Source: Thainema sp.
GTDB taxonomy: Bacteria; Cyanobacteriota; Cyanobacteriia; Phormidesmidales; Phormidesmidaceae
Direction of reading: 5' to 3'
DNA: 64,000 bases
Assembly (NCBI GenBank): GCA_052168235.1
Contig: JBQLZK010000002.1
Location: 32,001-96,000, forward strand
Within the stretch, counting starts at the first letter, position 1. Every line of letters starts with the position of its first letter. Made by a program: the position numbers and the translations under genes. Of the stretch, positions 20,266-30,091 are shown piece after piece. The notes beneath the pieces are model-generated. The model had not been told where the DNA came from. It did not search any database and worked only from the letters and a program-made list of their open reading frames with translations.

Positions 20266-20727
20266 ATGGCTTCTCAGCTGTCAAAGACTGTTGCTGCACC
20301 CTCTACTCATCCTGAAATTACTGATTCAATCTCATCGCGACTACCGTTGGTGCTAGCGGTCGATGATGATGAAGACAGCCTACTACTGCTGTGTAAGGTG
20401 CTGGATATGTTTCACATTCCTTACCTCAGTACGACTAATCCACTAAAGGCGCTAACGCTGATTCAAGAGCATTGTCCCTCTCTCATTTTGTTGGATGTGG
20501 TGATGCCGGAAGTGAGCGGGCTAGATATTATTTATGCTTTAAAGCGCTCTGCCAAAACCCAGTTGATACCCGTTGTAGCCATCACGGCGCTGGCCAAGAT
20601 GGAAGATCGTCAGCTTCTGCTGCAATCTGGCTTTGCTGATTACCTCAACAAACCCTACAACATTGATGATCTACAGGCGTTGCTGATCCGGTATTTAACC
20701 GCAGCTCACGTTGTAGAGGCTGACTGA
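20266..20727 (+). CDS. Single-domain response regulator receiver (start uncertain, 20170 possible)
   Basis: LAVDDDED, LLDVVMPEVSG, AITA, KP. Confidence 0.85.
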   Translation: MASQLSKTVAAPSTHPEITDSISSRLPLVLAVDDDEDSLLLLCKVLDMFHIPYLSTTNPLKALTLIQEHCPSLILLDVVMPEVSGLDIIYALKRSAKTQLIPVVAITALAKMEDRQLLLQSGFADYLNKPYNIDDLQALLIRYLTAAHVVEAD

Positions 20728-20992
20728 AAAACTGCCTGATCTACGGAAATAGCATCTTATTTCCTGTGACGGAACAAATTGCTGCCTATTCCAACTGCTA
20801 TTGATGAACTGGACTGGGTATCATGGGTTTAGAGGCTTGGATGATTATGACATCGCATCCTCAAACCCAGTCATATTTAATCCTGTAGCCCAACTCAATA
20901 TCAAGTGAAGACTAAGCAAATTCTTACAACTGCGAGGATGCCACATTGTTTCTAACCTTATTTCTGTAGAGCACTCTGATAGGTGACAACTC

Positions 20993-21682
20993 ATGGCTCA
21001 TACGGTTCAGTCCTCCTACACTCAAGAGCAAATTGCTACCTGGCTAAGAGGACTGTTGACGATTGCTTGGGCAGACGGACATTTTGATGAGGAGGAAAAA
21101 GACCTCATTCACACGATTCTGGATGATGAACTGGCCAAAGACATTAACTTTGAGACGTTTGAACCCGTTACGGCTACCAGCTTAGCGGAGCATATCGGTC
21201 AAGATAGCCACATGGCGGAAAATTTTCTCCGCACTGCTGTAATGGTCGCGCTAGCGGATGGTGTATATTCCGCATCGGAAGATGAAAAGCTCCAGAGCTT
21301 TTGTGAAGCACTCAGCCAAGAAATTGAAGTACTCAATTCGCTGCGGTCTACACTGTATGACCTCTCTGGTTCCGAGCCGACAGCAGCGGCACCTGCGATC
21401 GCACCTGGCAGTCACGATGGCAAAATTGATCCGCTCAAACCCGCCCGCGAGTGGCTAGACCAGCTTGATGTACAAGATCCGCGTTTGGCACGATTTATCT
21501 GCAAACTGGTGCCACCCCAGTGTCCCTTTGAGCGGGATGTCAAGCTGTTTGGCAAGAAGATTGTTCACATTCCACCCATGTGTAAGCTCAATCCGCTGTA
21601 TGAACAGCTTGTCGGTTTACGCTTCCGAGCGCTCTCCTATTTAGCGGATGATTGCAACGAGGATGTAACACCTTACATTTAA
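20993..21682 (+). CDS. TerB-like plus Mo-dependent nitrogenase C-terminal domain protein
   Basis: AWADG/ALADG TerB-like motifs; CPFERD..IPPMCKLNPLYEQLVGLRFRAL.YLAD. Confidence 0.85.
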   Translation: MAHTVQSSYTQEQIATWLRGLLTIAWADGHFDEEEKDLIHTILDDELAKDINFETFEPVTATSLAEHIGQDSHMAENFLRTAVMVALADGVYSASEDEKLQSFCEALSQEIEVLNSLRSTLYDLSGSEPTAAAPAIAPGSHDGKIDPLKPAREWLDQLDVQDPRLARFICKLVPPQCPFERDVKLFGKKIVHIPPMCKLNPLYEQLVGLRFRALSYLADDCNEDVTPYI

Positions 21683-21714
21683 GACTCAAGCTGTATCACT
21701 CAGGCTTAAACAAG

Positions 21715-21795
21715 GGAATTGCTGATTTTAAGTATGAATTGTGATGTGGGAGCGATGCCCCCACATCACAATTCATACCCAGATTAAGCAACGCC
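21715..21795. mobile_element. 81-bp MITE with 9-bp target-site duplication
   Basis: Imperfect TIRs GGAATTGCTG/TAAGCAACGCC, flanked by TTAAACAAG at 21706-21714 and 21796-21804. Confidence 0.8.
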
Positions 21796-21835
21796 TTAAA
21801 CAAGAGGCCGCACATTGTGCGGCCTCTTGTTTAAG
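21795..21835. terminator. Bidirectional hairpin between convergent genes
   Basis: CTTAAACAAGAGGCCGCAC att GTGCGGCCTCTTGTTTAAG. Confidence 0.7.
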
Positions 21836-21843
21836 CTCTAATT

Positions 21844-23556
21844 TTAAGATGCGCCAGATTGCGATCTCGACACCTGCCAACTGAGCAGCATAACGGGAAT
21901 CAAACCAACCAGCACAATTGCTAGCGCCGGAGCCGCAGCCTCGGCTAGACGCTCATCCGACGCGAGGCGATACACCTGTACCGCCAGCGTATCAAAGTTA
22001 AACGGGCGCACGATCAGTGTGGCTGGTAGCTCTTTCATTACGTCAACAAACACCAGAATGGCGGCGGTAACTAGCCCCCCTCCCATCAGGGGCGCATGGA
22101 TTTTGAGCAGCGTTGATATGGAACCGTAACCCAGCGAGTGGGACGCGTCGTCTAAGCTGGGTTTGATGCGGCTGAGGCTGGACTGCACGGTGTTGTAGGA
22201 AACCGCTAGAAAGCGGACAAGATAGGCAAAAACGAGGGCGATAATCGTGCCACTGAGTAACAATCCGGTTGAGATGCCCAACAGGCTCTGCATGGAGCGA
22301 TCCAACCAGTTATCAAATCGGCCCAGCGGCATCAGAATTCCGACCGCGATGACAGCTCCGGGTACCGCATAGCCAATTGAGGCTACGCGTACAGCAACAG
22401 CCATACTCGGTTTGGGCCGCAACCGTAAGCCGTAGGCCATGATCAAAGCCAGGACAACGGCTAGCCCAGCAGTTAGAAAGGCCAGAACTAAGCTATTGCT
22501 GGCGTACTGCCAAAATCCAGTACTAAAGTTATCAGTCATATTTGCGATCGCCATTTCGGCCAGCACCACCGCTGGAATCAAAAATCCCAGAATGATTGGC
22601 AGGGCGCACATGAAGCTCGCTCCGACTGCTCGCCAATGGTGTAACTGAAAGGCTGAAAACGGCTGCTGACTGTTGTGGCTTTGATAGTACTTGGTGCGGC
22701 GGCGTGACCATTGTTCCAACACCAGCAGCGCCAAGATGAAGGTGAGCAGCAGCGCCGATAGCTGAGAAGCCGCAATCCGTTCGCCCAAACCAAACCAGGT
22801 GCGATAAATTCCGGTTGTAAATGTTTCAACGCCAAAAAACTGGACGGTGCCGAAATCATTTAACGTTTCCATCAGCGCCAGCGCTACGCCGCCCATAATT
22901 CCGGGACGCGCCAGCGGCAGCGCCACTCGAAAAAAGCCGTTCCATGGATTGCAGCCTAATGACCGACTGGCCTCTAGGGTACAAACCGACTGGTCGAGAA
23001 AGGCAACGCGGGTAATCAGGTAGACGTAAGGATAGAGCACGAGCGTCAGCATTGCGATCGCACCACCAAGCGAGCGAATATCAGGAAACCAGTAATCATT
23101 GACACTGCTCCAGCCAAAGATTTGGCGCAGGCTCGACTGAACCGGCCCATAGAATTCCAGTAGATCCGTATACACATAGGCCAAGATATAGGCCGGAGCG
23201 GCAAGCGGCAGCAGCAGTGCCCATTCGAAGACACGACGGCCTGGAAATTGACAGGTTGTTACCAGCCATGCTGTGCTGACTCCGATGATCGTGACGCCCA
23301 AACTCACACCGACCATCAGCCAAAACGATTGCAGCATATAGGTCGGCAATACAGTTGAGGCCAAATGGCTCCAAATTTCTTGACTAGAGGGAGTAAAGAC
23401 CGAGCCGATGACCACCAGGATGGGCGAAGCAATCAAAATTGCGATCGCACCCACAACCAGCATCCATCCATCTATTCGTAAGTGTGAAGATCGCAAGTGT
23501 GAAGATACCTGCTTAACCCGATCTATATATTTGGTTGCCATTCTTCCTCGGCTCAC
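21844..23556 (-). CDS. futB: Fe(III) ABC transporter permease (FutB/FbpB)
   Basis: Two permease repeats with LEASRSLG and LDDASHSLG EAA loops; PLAAPAYILAYVY; KELPATLIVRPFNFDTLA. Start uncertain. Confidence 0.85.
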   Translation of the reverse strand: MSRGRMATKYIDRVKQVSSHLRSSHLRIDGWMLVVGAIAILIASPILVVIGSVFTPSSQEIWSHLASTVLPTYMLQSFWLMVGVSLGVTIIGVSTAWLVTTCQFPGRRVFEWALLLPLAAPAYILAYVYTDLLEFYGPVQSSLRQIFGWSSVNDYWFPDIRSLGGAIAMLTLVLYPYVYLITRVAFLDQSVCTLEASRSLGCNPWNGFFRVALPLARPGIMGGVALALMETLNDFGTVQFFGVETFTTGIYRTWFGLGERIAASQLSALLLTFILALLVLEQWSRRRTKYYQSHNSQQPFSAFQLHHWRAVGASFMCALPIILGFLIPAVVLAEMAIANMTDNFSTGFWQYASNSLVLAFLTAGLAVVLALIMAYGLRLRPKPSMAVAVRVASIGYAVPGAVIAVGILMPLGRFDNWLDRSMQSLLGISTGLLLSGTIIALVFAYLVRFLAVSYNTVQSSLSRIKPSLDDASHSLGYGSISTLLKIHAPLMGGGLVTAAILVFVDVMKELPATLIVRPFNFDTLAVQVYRLASDERLAEAAAPALAIVLVGLIPVMLLSWQVSRSQSGAS

Positions 23557-23687
23557 TCATCAACCCTAGTAGCCAATCCTAGCGTTTCAAATGCCCCATC
23601 TAAAGCATTCGCCTGTCGGAAGACACCTGACTGGAGGCGACAGAACTGCCTACCAGAACGTTGACTCCTGCCAAGTGACAACTGCAA

Positions 23688-23777
23688 TAGACTTTATTGG
23701 AAATAAAGTTTTTGGGGTTGGAAATTGTTTTGTAGCGCGGCTTCGCCGCGCTACAAAACAATTTCCGATAAAGTCTA
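23688..23777. mobile_element. 90-bp MITE-like element
   Basis: 17-bp TIR TAGACTTTATTGGAAAT/ATTTCCGATAAAGTCTA (1 mismatch) and a 22-bp perfect internal hairpin. Confidence 0.65.
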
Positions 23778-24107
23778 AGATATGGCCCAACAGAAATCTC
23801 TGCGCTGTCTTTGGCAAGAGATCGACAGTACAACCCTTTTGCCAAAAACGTTTGCTAAAAATGTAGGTTCTTATCTCAATGCTTCCCGGCTGTTGGAGCT
23901 GGTCAAACAAATTATGGATTCGTGATCTACGATGACAGTATTCACTCCGCCAAGTATAAACTCGTATGGAGAATGTAAATTAGTTCTTCCCTGTTTTTGG
24001 TTGGACAGAGCGAGTCATTAACATTAGGGGTGCTTCCACAGAATCTTGTCCTGACGTTGCAGATGTAGTTGTGAAAAAAAGCCTAGTGGTTTTACAGGAA
24101 AGCGACC

Positions 24108-25808
24108 TTGCGGCGTAATTTACCTTCATCAAAACTAGATGTTTCTGATCAGCTAGAGTCACCAAAATTTGTCAGCTTGCGCGTCAAATTACTGTTGGGC
24201 TTTAGCGTGATTTTTAGCATCGTTTTCGCGGGTGCTTTTTATTGGTTCTATACCTTTACAACTGAAAAAACAATTGACCGACTGCGGACAGAACTGCGAT
24301 CAACTCTCAAAGGGGCAGCAGAAGGGGTCGATGTTGAAGAACTGCTGGAGCTGTATGAAACTGGGGAGCGAAACGCCGCTGGATTTTCAGACGATCCGCG
24401 CTATCAGCGGCAGCTAGAGTGGTTTGAAACGGTGCATCGATTGCGCCCCGATACCTGGCTTTATTCAATGGTGGTGGGCAAAGCGGCTGATAATCGACGG
24501 ATCGGCCCTGCCGTCGTTGCTCCCAATGAACGGGAGATGATCTATCTGGTCGATTTGCGGGTGAACTATGTACCTGAAAAGGCGGTCAAGTTTTTAGAGC
24601 CCGATATTTTGAGTTTGCGGGCGCGCAAAGTGCTGGAAACGGGTGAATTAGCTGAGCATTCTCGACTGTATACCGATAAGTGGGGCACCTGGCTATCGGC
24701 TTCTGCACCGTTGAAAAATGATGCTGGTGAAGTGGTCGCCATCCTGGGACTGGATATTGATGCGCGCCATGTGCGAGACATTCAGCAGACGATCCGACAT
24801 CGGGTGATTATCGCCTTTGCGATCGCATACGGAGTACTGTTTGTTCTGATTTATGTCCTATCTGGTGTTTTAACCCGTAATTTAATTGTGCTGACTGAAG
24901 CAGCCGAGCGAGTCGCTGACGGCGAATATGTGCAAAAGATTGCGTTCCCGCGTCAGAGTCGCTTTCCAGATGAAATGGATCGGCTGGCTCAGGTGTTTGA
25001 CGTGATGGTGGAGCGCATTCGGACGCGGGAACGGCTGATCCGACATGGTAAGAGGGTGGAAACGGAAATTCGCAATGCGCTAGAAGAAGAAAAAGAACTG
25101 AATGCGCTCAAGTCCCGCTTCATCTCGATGGTCTCCCACGAATTTCGTACGCCGCTGACGGTGATTCGCACCTCGGTTGAACTACTGGAACAGTATGGCC
25201 ACATTGCCTCTGCCGCGAAGCGCCAGGAGTATTTTCAGCGCATTCGCTCAGCCATTCGCAACATGTCCCACCTAATGGAAGATGTCCTCACCATCGGCAA
25301 AGCAGAGGCAGGCAAGCTAGAGCTAGAGCTGACTCCAGTTGATTTACAAGCCTTTTGCCAGGATTTGATCGATGAGATTCAGCTCAGCATCGGCAAATCC
25401 CATACTATTTCGTTTACTTGCGATCGCAACTGTCCCACTTCGGCACTGGTTGATCCCAAACTGCTGCGATCAATTTTGACCAATCTGTTATCCAATGCGG
25501 TCAAATATTCGCCGAGCGGCAAACCCATCGACTTTCACCTCACCTGCTCTGACACCAGCGCAATGTTCCAAATCGAGGATCACGGCATCGGTATCCCGGA
25601 CGAAGATCAGCCTAAGCTGTTTGAGACGTTCCATCGTGCCCAAAATGCCATCAACATTCGCGGCACCGGACTCGGACTCGCCATCGTCAAGCAGTGCATT
25701 GAACTGCACAACGGCCAGGTTTCGTTTTCCAGCCAGCAGGGAGTCGGCACTGTCTTTCGAGTCGAGCTACCGCTAAACCTAAGTCAAAGCCACCTAGAAC
25801 AACACTAA
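24108..25808 (+). CDS. Membrane sensor histidine kinase (2 TM, HAMP, HisKA, HATPase)
   Basis: SHEFRTPL, NLLSNAVKYS, DHGIGI, GTGLGL. Confidence 0.93.
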   Translation: MRRNLPSSKLDVSDQLESPKFVSLRVKLLLGFSVIFSIVFAGAFYWFYTFTTEKTIDRLRTELRSTLKGAAEGVDVEELLELYETGERNAAGFSDDPRYQRQLEWFETVHRLRPDTWLYSMVVGKAADNRRIGPAVVAPNEREMIYLVDLRVNYVPEKAVKFLEPDILSLRARKVLETGELAEHSRLYTDKWGTWLSASAPLKNDAGEVVAILGLDIDARHVRDIQQTIRHRVIIAFAIAYGVLFVLIYVLSGVLTRNLIVLTEAAERVADGEYVQKIAFPRQSRFPDEMDRLAQVFDVMVERIRTRERLIRHGKRVETEIRNALEEEKELNALKSRFISMVSHEFRTPLTVIRTSVELLEQYGHIASAAKRQEYFQRIRSAIRNMSHLMEDVLTIGKAEAGKLELELTPVDLQAFCQDLIDEIQLSIGKSHTISFTCDRNCPTSALVDPKLLRSILTNLLSNAVKYSPSGKPIDFHLTCSDTSAMFQIEDHGIGIPDEDQPKLFETFHRAQNAINIRGTGLGLAIVKQCIELHNGQVSFSSQQGVGTVFRVELPLNLSQSHLEQH

Positions 25809-26425
25809 AGCGCCTGACCGGAGGCAATACTTTGGGCACCGGGTTCATGAATGTAGAGAATGCAGTCCGTTTCGCTCTTGACCATAATCAGGTCATCGCC
25901 CCGCTGAGCAATTTTTGTGATCAGCTCCAGCGCTCGATCCATGTCAGGCTCCTGACGGAAAAAGCTGTAGTAGCCACCGTTAAACGCGATCGCAACTAGA
26001 GGTTTATCTAGATCCGGTGTGCGAATGTAGCACGGCTGATACTGGGCGCGGTCAATTAAAATCGTACAGGTGCCCGGTGCGATCGCATTTAGGCCAGCCG
26101 CAGACGTGCGGGTTTTGCAGACGATGGGCGTTGCATTGGGCTCCAAACCCCAGAGACTGTAGCCTTTAGGGGTAGCGAGAATTGCGACTTCTTCGCCCCG
26201 ATAGCTCAACTTGGTCAACAACCTCAGCGTTTTGGCCACAGTGTCGGTCGCTTTTAGAAAGCTGTAGAATCCTCGCCCCGTTTGAATCGACGGCAAGCTG
26301 TGGTCACAGTCCGGAATTTGAATGCGGCAGGTATGGTACTGCTGGCGGGAGGCGAGAAAAACGGTAGCGGCTGGCACATGATGCTTAAGCTGTTCAGATG
26401 ATAGTGACACAGTTCGAGATTGCAT
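25805..26425 (-). CDS. Hypothetical protein with an internally duplicated ~90-aa domain
   Basis: QYHTCRI..PD...YSF...RGE...EP repeated as QYQPCYI..PD...YSF...RGD...EP. Confidence 0.7.
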   Translation of the reverse strand: MQSRTVSLSSEQLKHHVPAATVFLASRQQYHTCRIQIPDCDHSLPSIQTGRGFYSFLKATDTVAKTLRLLTKLSYRGEEVAILATPKGYSLWGLEPNATPIVCKTRTSAAGLNAIAPGTCTILIDRAQYQPCYIRTPDLDKPLVAIAFNGGYYSFFRQEPDMDRALELITKIAQRGDDLIMVKSETDCILYIHEPGAQSIASGQAL

Positions 26426-26441
26426 GGAGACACACAAAAGG

Positions 26442-27242
26442 ATGGATGGGTATACCGCTAAGAGTTCCCCACTTTACCAGCAAAATCCCACGGAACGGTT
26501 CTCAAATCGAGCACAGGACTACGCTCAGCACCGACCCAGCTATCCTGCAACTGCGATCGCGCATATTCTGGCTGACTTAGGCGACCCGTCCAGCCTCACT
26601 GCGGCTGATATCGGCGCAGGCACAGGCATTTCGGCGCGTCTGCTAGCCGAACAGGGGGTGACGGTATGGGCGATTGAACCCAATGCCGCCATGCGCCAGG
26701 CTGCTGAACCCCATCCCCACATTACCTGGCAGGACGGACAGGCCGAAACCACGGGTTTACCTGACGCTGCTGTTGATCTAGTTACCTGCTGCCAAGCCTT
26801 TCACTGGTTTCGGCCTGAACCGAGTCTGCAAGAGTTTCACCGGATTTTGCGACCGAGCGGGCGACTAGCACTGATGTGGAATGACCGTGACGAGAGCGAC
26901 GAATTTGTGGGCCAGTACACTCAACTCCTCCGTGATGCAGCAGGCAATCGCTACCTCAACCATGCTGATCATCGCGAGCTAGAGGTCGTGCAGCACAGTC
27001 CGTTATTTAAGGACTATCAAGCGTTGACCTTTCCCTATCATCAGTTCCTCACCCTTGAGGGGCTGATTGGCCGCGCCATGAGTTCGTCCTATGTGCCGCA
27101 ATCAGGTGCTGCCGCTGAGCAGTTGGTCACCAACCTCACGCAGTTGCACCAGCGGTTCAGCGATGCCGATGGGCGAGTCCGCTTTGCCTATGTCACTCGT
27201 CTCTATCTAGTCACCTATCGAGAGACAGTGAATCATGCCTGA
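26442..27242 (+). CDS. Class I SAM-dependent methyltransferase
   Basis: Y..HRPSYP, ADIGAGTG, QAFHWF, ILRPSG. Start at 26424 or 26442. Confidence 0.9.
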   Translation: MDGYTAKSSPLYQQNPTERFSNRAQDYAQHRPSYPATAIAHILADLGDPSSLTAADIGAGTGISARLLAEQGVTVWAIEPNAAMRQAAEPHPHITWQDGQAETTGLPDAAVDLVTCCQAFHWFRPEPSLQEFHRILRPSGRLALMWNDRDESDEFVGQYTQLLRDAAGNRYLNHADHRELEVVQHSPLFKDYQALTFPYHQFLTLEGLIGRAMSSSYVPQSGAAAEQLVTNLTQLHQRFSDADGRVRFAYVTRLYLVTYRETVNHA

Positions 27243-28059
27243 AGGCCCTGAAATCAAGCGCTCAGCCGACAAAATTGCCGCTGCGATCGCACATCGTCCA
27301 ATTAAAGAGATCTTCTTTGCCTTTGACCACCTCAAACCCTACGCTGAAAAGCTACAGGAGCGCCAAGTTATCGCCGTAGAGCCACGAGGCAAAGCTCTGC
27401 TCACGCGGTTCGACAACGGGCTGAACATCTACAGCCACAATCAGCTCTACGGCAAATGGGTGATTCGCAAAGCCTACTCTTATCCCGAAACCAATTGGCA
27501 GCTCCGGCTAGCCATTCACACGGAGCGCAAGTCAGCCCTACTCTACAGCGCCTCTGACATCGACGTGCTAGCGGATGCCGATTTGGCGCATCATCCGTTC
27601 TTACAGCGCATTGGGCCAGATGTGCTAGATGAGCAGGTTACCGTTGAACAAGTGATGGAGCGACTGCGCGATCGCGAATTTCATCGCCGCAAGTTCACCA
27701 CGCTGCTGCTGGATCAGCATTTCCTGGCTGGATTAGGCAACTATTTGCGTACCGAAATTTTGTTTGTAGCGCGGGTTCATCCCGAACGGCGTCCGGTCGA
27801 TTGTACCGAGGCAGAATTGCACCAAGTCGCTGAAGCTGCGATCTCAGTTTCGCGCCAGTCCTACGTCACGGCGGGCATTACCAACGATGTTGATTTAGCC
27901 AATCAGTTGAAAGCGCAGGGCTATAAACGCTCGGCCTATCGCCACTGGGCCTTTAACCGCCAATATCAGCCCTGCTTTGTCTGCGGTACGCCGATTGTGA
28001 AAGCCATGTCCGGTGGGCGTCGCTACTACTTCTGTCCAGCCTGCCAGAGCACCACTTAA
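27235..28059 (+). CDS. nei: Endonuclease VIII (Fpg/Nei DNA glycosylase)
   Basis: MPEGPEI, YSHNQLYGKW, GLGNYLR.EILF, C-terminal C4 zinc finger. Confidence 0.9.
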   Translation: MPEGPEIKRSADKIAAAIAHRPIKEIFFAFDHLKPYAEKLQERQVIAVEPRGKALLTRFDNGLNIYSHNQLYGKWVIRKAYSYPETNWQLRLAIHTERKSALLYSASDIDVLADADLAHHPFLQRIGPDVLDEQVTVEQVMERLRDREFHRRKFTTLLLDQHFLAGLGNYLRTEILFVARVHPERRPVDCTEAELHQVAEAAISVSRQSYVTAGITNDVDLANQLKAQGYKRSAYRHWAFNRQYQPCFVCGTPIVKAMSGGRRYYFCPACQSTT

Positions 28060-28287
28060 CGTGTTCCCTTTTAGCCAAATCTGCCAGCACCTGATAGGTC
28101 TGACAAATGTGCGGGAATAATGAGTGCTGTGCGACGTTGTAATGCTTAGACATTACCGTCTGTCAAGATGCTAACCTCTGAAGTAGCCGCAGACTCATAC
28201 GCGATCGCAAATTTCACTGGCGTCATCAGCGCCAACATCAGAATCACTCTATTGTCCTCAATGGACGATAAACAATAAACCGAAAAC

Positions 28288-29277
28288 ATGACCATCGCAT
28301 TATCCGAGGAGATGGAGGTAATGGACAATTTGACCATCGGCTTAGACCCAACAAGCCGCCCCCTAAGTAGCCGAGGCCGTCCCGCCAAGCCCAAAATGTT
28401 GGTTGTGGACGATGAGCCAGACAACCTTGATCTTCTGTATCGGACATTTCGGCGGGATTTCCAGGTTTTAAAGGCCGAAAGCGGCATTATGGCGCTCGAA
28501 GTACTGGAATCCGAGGGCGAAGTGGCGGTGATCATTTCTGACCAGCGGATGCCAGAGATGAAGGGAACGGAATTTCTGAGTAAAACCGTCCCTCAATTTC
28601 CCAACACCGTGCGGATTATTCTGACGGGCTTCACCGACGTGGAAGATTTGGTTGAAGCGATCAACTCTGGTCAGGTTTACAAGTACATCACCAAGCCCTG
28701 GGATCCGAACGAACTCAAAATCGTGGTGCAGCGGGCGGCTGAAACCTATGAGTTACTCAATCAGCGCACTGAAGAACTGGTGAGAGCACAGGCTCAAATG
28801 TCGCTATTGAAGACGATTGTATCGGTTGCTCGTGAGCAAGATACCGTCCAAACTAGCCTTGAACCGCTCGCTAAAGCCTTTAGCCAAAGTTTCTCAACCA
28901 ACTGCTGCGTCATCTGTCCCTTAGCCGACGGCTCAACGGGCGATGAAATCGGCTGTTATCCGGCTGGCATCAGCACCGATTGGTTGGCGAACGATCCCCT
29001 GGTGCAAAAAGCGATCGCAGAAAAGTCGCTCCAGGTTGCCACCAATATTCCAGCCGATGCCGAGCTTTCTGCCGTGTCCCATTACACCGCAGGTGATATT
29101 CAAGCGCATCTCGTCGCCCCGATTATTTACCGCGACCAGGTGATTGCCCTGCTCTCCCTCCAGTGGAAGCAGCCCTGCCAACTGCGGGATGATGAGCTAT
29201 GCCTGATTGAGCTATCGGCGCAGCAAGCCGCTCTCGCCTTGATTAGCACTCGCTACTATAATATGGCGCAGGTCTAA
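28288..29277 (+). CDS. Response regulator receiver plus GAF domain protein
   Basis: VVDDEPDN, ISDQRMP, LTGF, KPWD; C-terminal APIIYRDQVIALL GAF-like region. Confidence 0.85.
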   Translation: MTIALSEEMEVMDNLTIGLDPTSRPLSSRGRPAKPKMLVVDDEPDNLDLLYRTFRRDFQVLKAESGIMALEVLESEGEVAVIISDQRMPEMKGTEFLSKTVPQFPNTVRIILTGFTDVEDLVEAINSGQVYKYITKPWDPNELKIVVQRAAETYELLNQRTEELVRAQAQMSLLKTIVSVAREQDTVQTSLEPLAKAFSQSFSTNCCVICPLADGSTGDEIGCYPAGISTDWLANDPLVQKAIAEKSLQVATNIPADAELSAVSHYTAGDIQAHLVAPIIYRDQVIALLSLQWKQPCQLRDDELCLIELSAQQAALALISTRYYNMAQV

Positions 29278-29300
29278 TATCGGCTTCATCACAACTTGGC

Positions 29301-30035
29301 ATGGCTAAAACTGTTCAAACCGATGAGCCGCTTTCTCTCAGTGCAGAAGCGGCTCATATTCGTTCGTTATTCAATCAAATTGCCCCTGTTTACGATCAGC
29401 TCAATGACTGGCTGAGTCTTGGCTTACACCGAGTTTGGAAACAAATGGCGGTGCAGTGGGCTAACCCCCATGCGGGTGATACCTGTCTGGATTTATGCTG
29501 CGGCAGTGGCGATCTGGCTCGCCGCCTCGCCCGCGCCGTTGGCCCAGCAGGTCAGGTTTACGGGGCCGACTTTTCACCCGCTCAACTTGCGATCGCACAG
29601 CAAATCGCTCAGGCCAATACCCTACCGCTACCGATCACCTGGGTGGAAGCCGATGCGCTGAATCTACCATTCGACGATGATTTTTTCGACGCCGCCACGA
29701 TGGGCTATGGCTTACGCAACGTCACCGACATTCTCCGCTGCTTACAAGAATTACATCGGGTACTAAAACCGGGAGCTGCGATCTCAATTCTAGATTTCCA
29801 CCGTCCCAGCACTGCACCGATGCAGCAGTTCCAGCAGTGGTACCTTGATCAGGTTGTCGTGCCGATCTCAGAGCAGTTTCAACTCAAAGAGGAATATGCC
29901 TACATTAGTCCCAGTTTGGAACGCTTTCCCATCGGCTCAGAACAGGTGCAGCTTGCTCAACAGGCGGGTTTTACCACAGCCACCCACTACCCCATCTTGG
30001 GTGGCATGATGGGTGTTTTAGTTGCCCAAAAGTAA
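29301..30035 (+). CDS. menG: Demethylphylloquinol/demethylmenaquinone methyltransferase
   Basis: FNQIAPVYDQLND.LSLG.HR.WK, LDLCCGSGD, GYGLRNV, RVLKPG. Confidence 0.88.
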   Translation: MAKTVQTDEPLSLSAEAAHIRSLFNQIAPVYDQLNDWLSLGLHRVWKQMAVQWANPHAGDTCLDLCCGSGDLARRLARAVGPAGQVYGADFSPAQLAIAQQIAQANTLPLPITWVEADALNLPFDDDFFDAATMGYGLRNVTDILRCLQELHRVLKPGAAISILDFHRPSTAPMQQFQQWYLDQVVVPISEQFQLKEEYAYISPSLERFPIGSEQVQLAQQAGFTTATHYPILGGMMGVLVAQK

Positions 30036-30043
30036 CTTTAAAG

Positions 30044-30084
30044 AGCGGTGTGGTCATACGGCTCAGCCGTATGACCACACCGCT
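30044..30084. terminator. Bidirectional hairpin between convergent menG and pxcA
   Basis: AGCGGTGTGGTCATACGGC tca GCCGTATGACCACACCGCT. Confidence 0.7.
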
Positions 30085-30091
30085 AAATGAC

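Noticed and set aside
20993..21682. Nitrogen fixation gene
   Set aside because: The domain name is historical; there are no nif motifs or neighbours.
23477..23506. 15-bp tandem duplication (SSHLR x2) at the futB N-terminus
   Set aside because: Simple slippage in a non-conserved leader.
23591..23910. Short ORFs on both strands
   Set aside because: They run through the palindromic element and have no protein-like motifs.
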